A DNA stretch of 62,377 nucleotides, counting the filler, from Pirum gemmata (lineage: Eukaryota): assembly GCA_002812295.1 (NCBI GenBank). It is 19 parts of 19 records of this genome, joined end to end, with 100 filler letters (N's around TTAATTAATTAA, not from the genome) between each part and the next. Parts side by side here need not be neighbours in the genome. Positions count along the whole stretch, not along the records: positions 9,681 to 12,572 come from PDIN01004083.1; positions 12,673 to 15,601 come from PDIN01004084.1; positions 15,702 to 19,942 come from PDIN01004085.1; positions 20,043 to 22,963 come from PDIN01004086.1; positions 23,064 to 26,006 come from PDIN01004087.1; 14 more parts are not named here. The stretch is one strand, 5' to 3'. The notes under the pieces were generated by a model. That model did no database searches. It saw only the letters and a program-made list of their open reading frames with translations, and had not been told where the DNA came from. A program made the translations under genes and the position numbers. Below, in pieces: positions 10,911 through 23,953 of the stretch (the stretch's first letter is position 1; every line of letters starts with the position of its first letter).

Positions 10911-13900
10911 CTAGCTAGGTTACCTACTGGTAACCTCAAGCTCATGCGTTTTATTTATAACTTACAGACTATCAAAGACCCCAGGAAATTTCCTGGGGTC
11001 TTTGTATAAATAAATATAGAATTATTAATTATGATGAGAGTTATAATAGATCTATAATATATCACCACAAAGAAAAATATCCACCTGCCTTACCTTAGTT
11101 GCCTTAATTGATCAGACATCTTCTGCTGTAATAACGCATTAGTCACATTCAATGTAGACGGGGGTCTAGTCAACGCAATAATAAACTTTGGCAAAAAAAT
11201 CGGAGGTTACAACCTCAAGAAAGATAAAACTAAAACAATGCAATTCCTTGAAAGTTCAACCTTATTAGAAAATAATGAAAAGTTTAATATCAATTAAAGA
11301 AAAAACTCAGAAACAACGAAAGTAAAATAGAAACAACCGAAAATCAAAAGCTTTATAATTAATTGCGTATGCCTCTAATAAAAAGAGAAAATTTAGCCTA
11401 CACCCCAATAGTCCCCAATTCTATGTTTTAACTAAATCTCCATACTCCATAAACAACATCTTTAAATTTATATCAGGTAAATTACTTCAACACTCAAAAC
11501 AAAAAAATCACTTACTAACAATTAATTCTAACATCAAAACAACCAAAAAAGAAGAAGCCATTAATACTATTAACCATCTAACAAGAAGAAATGACAAAAC
11601 TCATTTTCACCTGAAACACAACACAACTTAAACGATTCATACCGGTCAACATGTTTCCTCAACAACTACAACACACTTGCAAACCAACAATTACACAATC
11701 ATATTATCACTAATGATAATAACTACCATAACATAATACCAAAATAGATAACTCACATAATTAAAAAGTTTCAACATAATTATGAACAACTGCATCAGAC
11801 GGAAACAGCCATGCGGACGCAACGGCAAGCCATGAGCAAACGGAATCAACATTGAGACTAGTGTTGGAAGAGTCTCATAAACATACCGAACGGATTTTGT
11901 CTTCCATTAATCCAGAAACCCATCAACGTGCTTTTCCAAGATTTCCGGAATTAAGTAATAATAATAATAATAATATATAATAATATATAAAAATAAATTA
12001 AATTATTTTTAATTAATTAAAAAAGAACAGAATGAGAATTAAAAAGTAATAAGATATCGATAATACTTCGATAATATATTATATAATTATATAATTATGC
12101 ATTTCGGAAGTAAAAGTAATATTAACAAAAAAGGTAAAAAAAAATTCAAATAAAATAAATGGCAAACCAACCAACCAATGTGAACATTAACGAAATTGGT
12201 AGTGAAGCATGGTTACAAGACATGTACGGCGAAGATTTACCGCCAACGTCCAGTCAACCATACGAATTAGAAGAGACAATTACCGCTGCCACTTCGCGAT
12301 TAAATTTTAAAGATAAAAAATTTCAAACCTATTTTCAAGGCTTGAATTTATCTTTTTTTTAAAAAAAAGAATTAAAAATATAAAATAGTAACGTAGTGCA
12401 ATATGTTTATATTAGTATTTTATTAATTTTTAAAAATCATTTTCAATATTTTAGAATTTAGTTTTAAAATTAAATTTTTTTAAAAATTTTATTCTTTTTT
12501 TTTTTATTTATACTAATTGTTATATAGTATTACTTTATTCTGAGAAATTATTACTATATACGAAATCATTGTNNNNNNNNNNNNNNNNNNNNNNNNNNNN
12601 NNNNNNNNNNNNNNNNTTAATTAATTAANNNNNNNNNNNNNNNNNNNNNNNNNNNNNNNNNNNNNNNNNNNNTATTATTATTATTATTAACTTATTTATG
12701 TGGGTTAGGGATATACGATAGGTGGAGCCTCTTTGCTTGCAAACTTTATGCTTAATAGTCTTGTCGGCCTCCTAGACTATATATTATTATTATGGTATTA
12801 TCTGATATTATGAAAAGTACAAAAAGCTAAAACCAAATGGCAATCAAATCATTACTTACATCATACCCAAACAAATCAAGTTTTTTTATTATTATTCTAC
12901 CGGTATAACATAAAAAATATTAATAAAATAAAAGGTCCTGTTTTCCTTTTTCTTGAGAAAAAGGAGAAGCAGTAAGTTACAGTTATATAGCTAATTTTAT
13001 AGTTGTAGTTTGTTGACTTGTTTCATAATACTTTGGTATAACTTACTGATTTGATTGTTGTTCGGTTTTAACTTATTGTACTTTTCATAATAATACCATA
13101 GTAAACAATCTTATGATTATCAATTGTATTGTTCTTTTGTTGATATAAATATTGGTTTTTGACTTTTGTTCCTAATTTAATATTATGGCGTTATAGTCGT
13201 TGTTAAGGATGTTGTTGGAGTTGTCGTCTATGTTGGGTAATACCGGTATAAAAAAAAGCAAAAAAAATAAATAAATAATAATAATAAAAATTTATAAAAG
13301 TTATTATTATTTAGTTTTTTATTATTTTATCATTTTATTTTATTTTATTATTTTTATTTTTAATATTTTTATTTTTTGTTTATTTGTTTATATACTGATT
13401 AAACAGTGTAATTAAGCCTGATAGACATATTATTTCTTCAGTACTACGACCTCCTATCAATCTATTGTGCATCTCTTTTAGATTACGTAAAGGGATAAAA
13501 TCCTTACCAAATAAATTTGTTTTGATAAAGTTTTTAAAATCCCAATTCTTCATCAATTGATTCATCCTCCTCCTTTAGCAGGTGATCAAATGACTTCTGT
13601 TTTAAAGTATTAAGTTAACTTACATTCATTTTTTTTTTTTTAACCTAAATGTATTTTTTATTGTGAGTTTTATTTGTTTTGAAATAATTTTATAAAAATG
13701 GTCATTCAGCCTAATCGCCTTTTATTCATGTCTACTTGTCATCGTACTCAGTATATCAGTTAGCTAGAGCTACCTAGACTATATTATTATATCGTTTTTA
13801 AAAAATAATGTTATCGTTTTTTTTTTATTATTTATACGTGATTTGTTACTCTGTCAGGTGGTGGGCTGGTCAGGGTCTCGGAGTGTTCCCCCGGCTGTTA

Positions 13901-14727
13901 TCGTATCCAACACAATACTCATATTATCATGTAGTACTTTTATCGATACTCTATTATGATATGATATTATAGCTAGCTAGCTATCGATATCATATTATAA
14001 TATCATCTGATGATAGTAGGGAGCTATGGTAGCTAGCCTAGCTAGCTACTAGCTATGATAGCTATTGATATCATTTGATAATCTGGGACCCTACTGAGAG
14101 CGAGAGGGCCTACCGCCTACTCTAGCTAGCTAGTAGATCTGATAGCTTATTTTTGGATTTTTCCCGCTTTTTTTCGATATGATCTAGCTGTACTATAGAC
14201 CCTGGGTTAGGGTAGTGTTAGGGTTAGCCTGGCATAGTGTTAGAAGAGTTTCTCTATTACATACACAATAATACAGTAATAATACCCACTTCTATTCCAG
14301 AATCCAGAGTGATACGACATAATAGTAACATAATATTATATTACTTTTCTATTCCAGAATCCAGATTCCAGAGTGATAGAATTTGATTGAACCACTTTGA
14401 TACAGTTATATATATGATACCACTTTGATAGTCCTAAGATTTTTAATATAATAAATAATAATAGGAGTATAATAGGAACTATAATAGGAGTATAATAGGT
14501 ATAATAGGCCTACATATAAAACTCAACATTCCTGACTAGCTACTTAGCTAGCTAGTAGCTAGTCAGCTCTAGCTAGCTATCAATACTTAGTCTATCTGAT
14601 TGCTACTACTAGCTCTAGTAGCTACTAGTAGCTAGAGAGAGTTTAAGTATGATAAAAACCTCAGATAGACGATGAGTCTATACTCTATGAATCATAATAA
14701 TATTATTATGATAAGAAAAAAACTGAG

Positions 14728-14765
<38 letters not shown>

Positions 14766-15307
14766 ATTTTTTTGATATTATTAGGCTCTTTCTGAACTTC
14801 TTTATGATAATAATATGATAATACTTCAAAAAAGTCCTTTATTTTTATATTTTATAGTCTACCTGGTCTAGATATTCTAGCTAGAGTAGACTATATCTGT
14901 ATGATAGAATAATATAAAAAGGTCCTCTGAACGCTCTGCTATATGATATGATTATGATAGTAAAAAGATCTTTTTTTAAATTTTTATTTAATAAACAAAC
15001 TAGTTTCAACTTTCAGTATTGATCCCCAGTATTAAACTTTTACTACAAACAGTCTATAAACCAGTTATTTAACTTTGTTTTTTGAACCCCTTTTTTCGGG
15101 TCTATATATATACAAATCACGTATAAATAATATATATATATATTTATATATATTAAATTATCTACCTCGCTGTCATTTTGTATTTATTTCTTCTTTTTGT
15201 TTTATATATACATTATATTGTCTACTTCACGATCGTTTTGCATCTGTTCTTGGTTTTGTTTCAACGTCTGTAACAAGTTGTACCTTTGAACTACAGATAA
15301 AAAGAGA

Positions 15308-15400
15308 ATGTCGAGCAAGGGAAAACGTTCTAAACGTCATCATCAAGGTGTTAAAATGAAAGATTATTATGATTTGGAAGAGATACTTGTTTCTGACGAA
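15308..15400 (+). CDS. PSF3: First coding exon of GINS complex subunit Psf3
   Basis: ATG...MKDYYDLEEILVSDE followed by a GTAATA donor. YYD(I/L)..IL..E is the conserved Psf3 N-terminus. Confidence 0.65.
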
Positions 15401-15767
15401 GTAATATTTATTTATAGTATTTACCAATATTTTTATTGTTATATATTGGGATATGTATTAATATTCTTATTACTGTTATTGTTATTGTTATTGTTATTGT
15501 AATATTGTTCTTACTCTTGTGCTTGTGCTTGTGCTTGTCGTTTATATTATTATTATTATTATTGTTATTATTATTATTATTATGGGGTTTATATAGGTAC
15601 TNNNNNNNNNNNNNNNNNNNNNNNNNNNNNNNNNNNNNNNNNNNNTTAATTAATTAANNNNNNNNNNNNNNNNNNNNNNNNNNNNNNNNNNNNNNNNNNN
15701 NATAATAATAATAATAACATTAATAATATATAATAACAATATATAATAATTTGTAGAAAGTCCATAC

Positions 15768-16676
15768 CTAATTTTGTTAACAGTGTCCATTAAATAATGG
15801 TTTTTAGTGTACGGGACTTTTTCTTTTTCAATTATCTTTTTTAAAAAATAATTGAATTGTTCCGTTTGGTTTTTGATAAATGCGTCTATACTCTCCAACA
15901 ACATCTGGTCCAATTTCGGGAAACGTTTGGTTAAAACATCATTAGTTTTAATATTATCTTTGACTTGATAATGTAATGTTTCTAAAATTTCTTTGTGTGC
16001 TTTCTCCACCACCGGCACCCAGGTGTCTACGTATTTTGAAAAAATAATAACAAAAACTTTAAAGTTAAGAAATCCGGGAAGTTCACGACCTTTATTTTCC
16101 TTTAGCATTTGAAATATTTCATTTCTCAAGGTATCACCTTTTATCACCTCCAATATAATCATTTCCTTGTCGTTGTACCAAACGTGATCGTTCTCTTTTA
16201 GTACGCTCATGCTGTATTTCAGTTGACTTTTATTATACGTGCTATACTTTAACTTTAAATATTTTTCGCTTAAACCTTCATAATAATAGTATTTACATTG
16301 CTTGGTATTTTTATCCAGGGATACATATTTGAAAGATGGCAAATGATTGTATTTTTTAATTTCAGCAGCCTCTATACAGCAATAAGATTCATTTTCCCCG
16401 TCAAAATCAGGTCTCAAATTAACGAGTTCTTGCTTCATGTCCTCTAGCAATTTTTGTAAATTACGGTACAACCTGTCATAAATTTCACTTTTCTGAAAGA
16501 CGTAATCTATTTTATCCAAAAGATCATGCTCCAAATATCGAAACCTTTCCCAATTACTTGAAAAACTTAATTTACCACCAAGCTTGCTTAATTCTTTTGT
16601 GCTCATCTCTAATTGATTTTCAATCTCAGCAATCATAGCAGGTAGAGCACCTTTAATCCGACCAACTAGAATATCA
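15768..16676 (-). CDS. Dynamin-superfamily (Mx-like) middle/stalk domain exon
   Basis: Motifs LV..IK..LP....EIE..L.....EL..LG, ENKGRELPGFLNFKVF and EK.PYT.NHYLMDTVNKIR. Bounded by CAG (or nearby TAG) and GTATGG. Confidence 0.85.
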
Positions 16677-16770
16677 CTGTAATAAAAAATCAATAAACAT
16701 TATTTAGTATTTTTATTAGTTATTATAAATTGACATAGTGATAACGACATAAAATTATTATTATTATTAC

Positions 16771-16815
<45 letters not shown>

Positions 16816-16899
16816 ACTATTATTATTGTTGTTGCTGTTTTTATTATTATTATTGTTGTTGTTGTTATTGTTGTTTGTGTTGTTGTTGTTGTTGTTGCT

Positions 16900-16943
<44 letters not shown>

Positions 16944-16996
16944 CTTATTGTTATTATTGTTATTATTATTGTTATTGTTGTTGTTGTTGTTGTTGC

Positions 16997-17059
<63 letters not shown>

Positions 17060-17382
17060 CTCTTTGTTATTAGTTACTCTGTAATTTTAATATCATAATT
17101 ATTTATCGGATATTTAGTATGTTCATCCTATTTCTTTTACCAAGTTGGATTAGATTAACTAAAAATTGAAAGTGACAAATTAAAAACGGAAATGGATAAT
17201 AATAATAATACCGTATATTTAAAAATAAACATTATGTATGCATACCTTAAAAAATACTTAAAACTTCAATAATGTTAATAGAAAATTTTCAACTACGAGA
17301 AAAAGTTAAATTGTACATTTTCATAAAATAAAAAATTAAAAAATAGAATAAGAATAAATAATGAAAAGCAACATTATCATAC

Positions 17383-17611
17383 CTATCATTGAGTTTTTTT
17401 GTTTTAGATCATAAACACACCAACGACCATTTTTTGCTTTAATATTGTATTCCATTTCACCAGAAAAAACTGGGCCATCCGGTGTATTGACTTCATGCAT
17501 GGTCTGTCTTGGGGAAAAGAGCGACTTTGCTGTACCGCTTCTTATGTTATTTAATGATCCAAAACATAACCCGTTAGATTTAATTTCAAAATTCAAATTA
17601 GGCACTGGCAT
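17383..17611 (-). CDS. Probable first coding exon of an unknown protein
   Basis: In-frame stop upstream of the ATG, then MPVPNLNFEIKSNGLCFGSLNNIRSG...YNIKAKNGRWCVY, ending at a G|GTATG donor. Confidence 0.55.
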
Positions 17612-18205
17612 TTTTGTTCTTTCAAACTAATGGATAAATCCTTATTTTGTATTTACTGTGGTTTTGTATTTATGTAATGATAACAATAATAATAATAATA
17701 ATAATAATAATAGTAATATTAATAATGATTACAAGGTACGGTGTAAGAGTTATGTGAGAAAGTTTTAAGAATAAAAGAGGAATTTATTACCAACTATAAA
17801 TAATTATTATTTATTTATAATTATTATTTATAAATAAACTCAAAATTATCCAATTTTAATAAAAGTACTACCGAATTTTGAGAATTCGTCTAACTAAGAA
17901 AACTCTTTTATGAACCGATGGCAAGTTTTTAAAAATAATTTGGCTAGGTTTTAGAAAAAGAAACGATTTCTATAGCTATTTCTATACTGTCTAATAGTCT
18001 ACAGTGTCTATATCGTAGTTTTTTATGATATAGACTACTTTTTTTAATTTTTTTTTTTTAATTAATTAAAAGTCTAATTTATTATCATATTATTTTTAAA
18101 AATAAGGCAGCTCTCAACTAATAGATGATATTATTATATACCGTACTACAACTAGTCTACTCTGGCTACTAAGTTAAAGAGCTAGCAGAAAAGTAGTTCG
18201 CTTGC

Positions 18206-18236
<31 letters not shown>

Positions 18237-18384
18237 TATATAATAATATATTAACGATTTATAATAATAATACCAATATTAATAATAATAATGATTAATA
18301 ATAATGATAATACTAATGATAACAATATTTTATTAAATGATGATAATTATCAAGGAGTTCAACCCCTTGTAATTATCGATAATA

Positions 18385-18432
<48 letters not shown>

Positions 18433-21299
18433 TTAATGATAGCGAAAATAAAGATCTATAAATAATATTGATAGATGACATATACATGCATATGGTTCAT
18501 TTAAATCTATATACAAACATCCAAAGCCCTCAGGAGGAAATTGACAAAGATTTAGATATCAATATTATTCAAAATAAGTTCGAGATAATGAATAATAACA
18601 AGGACAAAAATGAAGGTCTCACTGCGCTAAATTTTCAAGTGTGTGAAAGATTTCAATCATAATAGTATAAACTTTTTAACAAAATATGCACAACGCAACA
18701 ATTGAGTAGTTTAAATATAAAATGAAAATTATAGAATAGTCGAAAGGGAACGTGGCTCTTGTACAAGTGAAAGGAAGGTATTAATACCGGTAAAACCTTT
18801 TTAAAAGAGAAATGGTTTAGAAAAGCCGAGTTTCCAGATCAGGTAATAATAATAAGCTTTGTTTGCCATAGAGGTGCAGTTAACTTTATCCAATATTTAA
18901 TAATTTAATCAAGAAAACAACACAAGATTACACACTACAAAGTTTTATCAATATAATTATATAGACGTCCTATAGATACCAAGTATTTATGCATATGATT
19001 CCGAACACAATACACATAAGCAACAAGGGTGAAGTGATCACCGATCCAGTGTGTACTGTGTAAGGCCCACTTTATCATGTTTGAAAAGAGTTTTATCAAT
19101 ATAATATAATATAGGCATGCCAGGTTTTACAACAAATGGTTTATATATAATATGATCCCAAACACGATACACATAAACACCAAGGGTGAAGTGATATCCG
19201 ACCCATTGTGTACTATGTGTGTGAGTGTGTTTGAAAAGCCTACTGAAGCTCGCAACTTTATTTTGAAAAACTATTTCTATTATTACTGAAGCTCGCAACT
19301 TTATTTTGAAAAACTATTTCTATTATTATAATATGATAATAATATAATAATACAAATTATGTATGTATGATGTTTACATCTGAATTGAAAAAAAACCCCC
19401 CCTTTTATTTAGCTTTTTATTTCTAGCCTTTTATTGTTTTATTTATATGAATAACTTTGTCAAAAAAACAAAGAGAGTTTTGATTGAATAATATTTTCAG
19501 TCTTTCTTTGAAATATCCAATCTAATGTTTACTTTCATTTTTTCAATCACAAAAAATTCAGATTTTCAAGAAAAAAAAATTAGAATTAAGCCAATAATCT
19601 ATATCATTGTGGGTATGTATGTATCTTCTCCCAATTCTGCTCTTTTTCAAATTTCAAGCCTATTTATTAATTAAATAAGTTCGATAGTTTCAGCTTACAA
19701 TTAAGTATTCAAACATATTTATTTATTTATAAATTCAAAAAAAATGAAAAAAATAATTTTCGAACAGTTGGGTTTTTTTTTCACAGCAGAAATTCGAGTT
19801 TTCGGGCTCGAGCAGAATTGTGGTCAGAAATTCAGAATCCGTTTGATTGTAGGATTATCGGCTATTATTGTAATAATATTATATATTATAATGATATATG
19901 TAAAAGAATTTTTTTAACCTTTTATGATAGTTCTTATGATATNNNNNNNNNNNNNNNNNNNNNNNNNNNNNNNNNNNNNNNNNNNNTTAATTAATTAANN
20001 NNNNNNNNNNNNNNNNNNNNNNNNNNNNNNNNNNNNNNNNNNTATATATTATGATAATAAATAAAAAATAGTAAAAAATAAAAAATAATTTTTTATTTAT
20101 CTTATATTTTTTTTCCCTGCTAGTAGTCCAGTAGTCTACTATCATACTAGACTAGAAATAATGAGAAATAATAATCAAAGTAAGTCTAGCAAAGTAAGTG
20201 GTGTAATCATAAAATCAAGAAAATAAAGCACTTATTTCCGAAAAACGAAATAAAACAAACCAAATAAGTTTTATATAAGATCTATTCAACTATTTTTATA
20301 ATAATAAATATTCATTTATTGCAATTAAAAAATACAAAATTAACATTATAAAATACCAAATAAAGGCTGACCCCATGCGGCGTGTCAGTTCACAAAAAAA
20401 ATAGATTCGACTATCTTATTCTGAAATTTTCGATCGGGCCCTTGCCCTTAATACATCTATAATAATAAAAGTATCCAATTTGTTCTCATTATATATAAAT
20501 TGCTACCAATTAATAATTAAAAACTTACAATAAAAAGTACCAAATTAACAGTTCAAAATACTAAGGGGATCAAAATAAAGCCCGGCTCGACATTTCAATG
20601 CATAAATTTTTTTTTTTAGAAAAATATCTAACCAATAACTAACAACCAAATTGTCTAGTTTTCTTTGACATAGATGGGATGTTTTCCTTTCTTTTCGCTG
20701 GAAGACTGCTAGCTGGTATCGATATATAGGCCTAAAAAATTGAAAACTATGAAAAAGAAACTCTAGATAAATATTAAATAAATAAATAAATAAATATTTT
20801 TTTTTTTTCAGAACTTCAGAATCAGTTCAGAATTTTTACGCCAATTTCCGGTCAAATACAGCTTCAAATACCCCTACCTACCTACCCCTCGACGTTAATT
20901 TCTGGTCAAATAGCACCTATCTATCTACCCCTTGACGTGACGTATTACTTGAACACTCCCCAAGGAGTAACTTGAAGAACTGACTTGAAGAACTCTTGAA
21001 GAAACTCTTGAATACTTGAAGTTGTAAATATCACTCACTCACTAACTAGCTCTACTCTAGTCTATCAAGAGTATTCTTGCTTTTATATATACATAAATAA
21101 ATATAAATATATAAATAAACAAATATTCTATATTGATAATAGTCGTCTATTTCATTACAGTTCCTTAATTTTATACTGTTTAAGTGTATAATTAAATTTG
21201 TTTATAGAATACAACTTTAAGTTTAAAATACCAAACATGTCTGAAACCTTTATTTCAGTTTTTGAATAGCAGTGCCACAAGACTTGTGAACAACAAACA

Positions 21300-21950
21300 C
21301 TAGCTAGCTAGCTAGCTAGTAGACTAGTCTAGAAAAACATTATATAGTCAATAGTAGTATCATAGTAGCTAGCTAGTCTATTACTATCATACTAGCTAGC
21401 TAGCGATACTGGTAGCTATCGATACGATACTAGCTATTGATAGCTATCAGATAGTAGTATGATAGCTAGCTAGCTAGCTAGCTAGTAGAGTCTAGCTAGG
21501 CTAGCTAGCTAGCTAGGTAGTAGACAAGCTAGCTATAAAATATACAATAAATAGCTAGCTAGCTAGAGACTACCACAACTACTCTAGCTAGTAGTAGATA
21601 CTACTAATAGCTAGCTAGGTAGCTAGAGACTACTGCAACTACTAGCTTAGTAGATACTACTAGCTAGTAGCTAGCTAGCTAGTAGTAGCTGTAGCTACTC
21701 TAGCTAGCTAGCTATCAGCAATGATAGCTAGCTAGATAGGCTACTAGATAGCTACTAGCTAGCAAAATGGGGTAGCTAGCTATCTGGATAGTAGGTAAAA
21801 TGGACAGCTAGCTAGCTAGCTAGAAGAGTACCACAATATAAATCCATTTTTGGTATATTTTATTATCTATATATTTATTTTAACCTTCAATAGTGACTAG
21901 CTACCCGACTAGCTAGCTAGCTAGTAGTGAGTCTAGTGACTACCCCAGGT
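21300..21950. repeat. (TAGC)n / CTAG-rich low-complexity tract
   Basis: Directly visible. Similar tracts near 13970-14640, 36290-36360 and 41530-41715. Confidence 0.85.
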
Positions 21951-22252
21951 CCCCAGGCAGCAGACTACCCGATAGCATAGATCAGATCACATTTTATTTT
22001 TAGTATGATATCATAATAATATAATATTATCACGAACTAAAAAACAAAACAGAAACAAACAAACCAACACCAAAAGAAACAAAGAAACAAAGCAACAAAG
22101 CAACAAAGCAACAAAACTAACCTACCAAAACAAACAAACAAACCAACAAACCAACCAACCAACCAACCAACCAACCAACCAACCAACCAACCAACCAACA
22201 TGCAAGCAAACAAATAAATATAACCAACCAAAAAACAAATAAACAGACAATA

Positions 22253-22444
22253 ATGTTAAGGATTAGTAAGCTAAATCAAGTAAGATGTTTTCAAAACCAT
22301 TTCCGATTTTTTACAAAGTCGCTGGGAGTGTGTAATAAGTTCAACGAAAGTGGAAACAAAATCAAAACTGATTCGGTTGATCTATTGTCCCTGACTTCTG
22401 TTTCTGAAGCTCTTGCCTTTTTTAAAAACTCGAACCACAAACCT
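22253..22444 (+). CDS. First exon of a probable mitochondrion-targeted protein
   Basis: MLRISKLNQVRCFQNHFRFF... is R/K-rich and acid-free like a presequence. Ends at a GTAAGT donor. Confidence 0.55.
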
Positions 22445-23647
22445 GTAAGTTTAGATTTTTTGTGCGATATTATTTTGATATTATTGGGATTGGGATTGGG
22501 GTTTGGGGTTGGGATCACAAGTATTAAACCCCAATCCCAATCCCAATACAATTCCCAATTCCCAACACAAAAACCAATACCAATACCGTAAGTTTAGATT
22601 TTTGTGCTATATTATTTTGATATTATTGGGATTGGGAGTGGGGTTTGGGATTGGGAGTGGGGTTTGGGATTGGGAGTGGGGTTTGGGATTGAGGTCATAG
22701 GTATTAAACCTCAATCTCAATCCCAATACAATTCCCAATACAATTCGCAATTCCCAACACCAATACCAATACCAATACCATGGTATTGATGATCTTGGTG
22801 ATATTGTTGCTGTTCTTAGTATTATTTACGTTGTTGATGTTGTCTAGTTCCATCCATTGTATTCTCCCGTGGGTATTTGTTCCTCTAATTGTGGCGTTTG
22901 GTTTTTTTTCTTCTCATTTTTTAATTTTTATTACTATTATTATTATTGTTATTGTTATTGTTANNNNNNNNNNNNNNNNNNNNNNNNNNNNNNNNNNNNN
23001 NNNNNNNTTAATTAATTAANNNNNNNNNNNNNNNNNNNNNNNNNNNNNNNNNNNNNNNNNNNNTAGCCCAAGCCCAAGCCCAAGCCCAAGCCCAAGCCCA
23101 AGCCCAAGCCCAAGCCCAAGCCCAAGCCTTACCCTTACCCTTACCCTAACCTTAGCTGTTCCTAACCTTAACCTATTCCTAACCGTATTCTTAACCTAAT
23201 CCTAACTCTAACATGCTTAACAATAAGTCCAATCCTGGTCCTACCCTATAGCCCTCCCTATTACCCTAAATCTTAGTTCTAGAATTCATTATCTATTTTT
23301 TCTGTTTTTAAAATCACTTTTGTTATCTTGTTTTGTTATTATGTTATACTGCTCTAATATTCGAGTAATTTTTCGTTAAACTTAGTTATTTTGATAGTAG
23401 TATAGTATTGCAAGTTTATTTTCCTTTATTTTCTTTATGTTATTACTATTATTATTGTTATCACTGACTTCATTTTTATTATTAAAATTGACACTTCAAA
23501 GTTTTTTACATTTTGGTATCCGGCTGTTCATTGAATTTATAAGAGGTTTTGTTGTTTTATTTAATTTTTTTTATTGCTGTTGTTATTCTTTTTTCGAAGT
23601 ATTAAAAACCAAAAGCAATCATATTAAAGGCTTTTGTATATATGTAG

Positions 23648-23922
23648 GAAGAGGAAAATGAATTTTTGGCTCCTCTTATTTCTCGAATACCTGATGAAGA
23701 TACTGATATTTTTAAAGTTAGTGCTCGTAACTGTGTTCTAGGTGTATTGTCGCTGTTAATTCAACTGGAAATCGGAAACGAAAAAAATTCAACTTACAGA
23801 AATATCAAGATTACTAGATATTTAGTACCTAAAATTATCAATTTCCTCAACCGCCTTACTGAATTTCGATGGGTTTTTGTCAGCGCCAAAAAGGTAATGA
23901 TTTTTTCTCATTATTTTCATTT

Positions 23923-23953
<31 letters not shown>

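Noticed and set aside
13855..13910. GC-rich patch as a possible tRNA or ncRNA
   Set aside because: No cloverleaf, A/B boxes or recognisable snRNA motif.
15308..16693. Apparent linkage of Psf3 with the Mx-like gene (and LRR with the ankyrin gene) as a defence cluster
   Set aside because: They lie on different contigs separated by artificial spacers.
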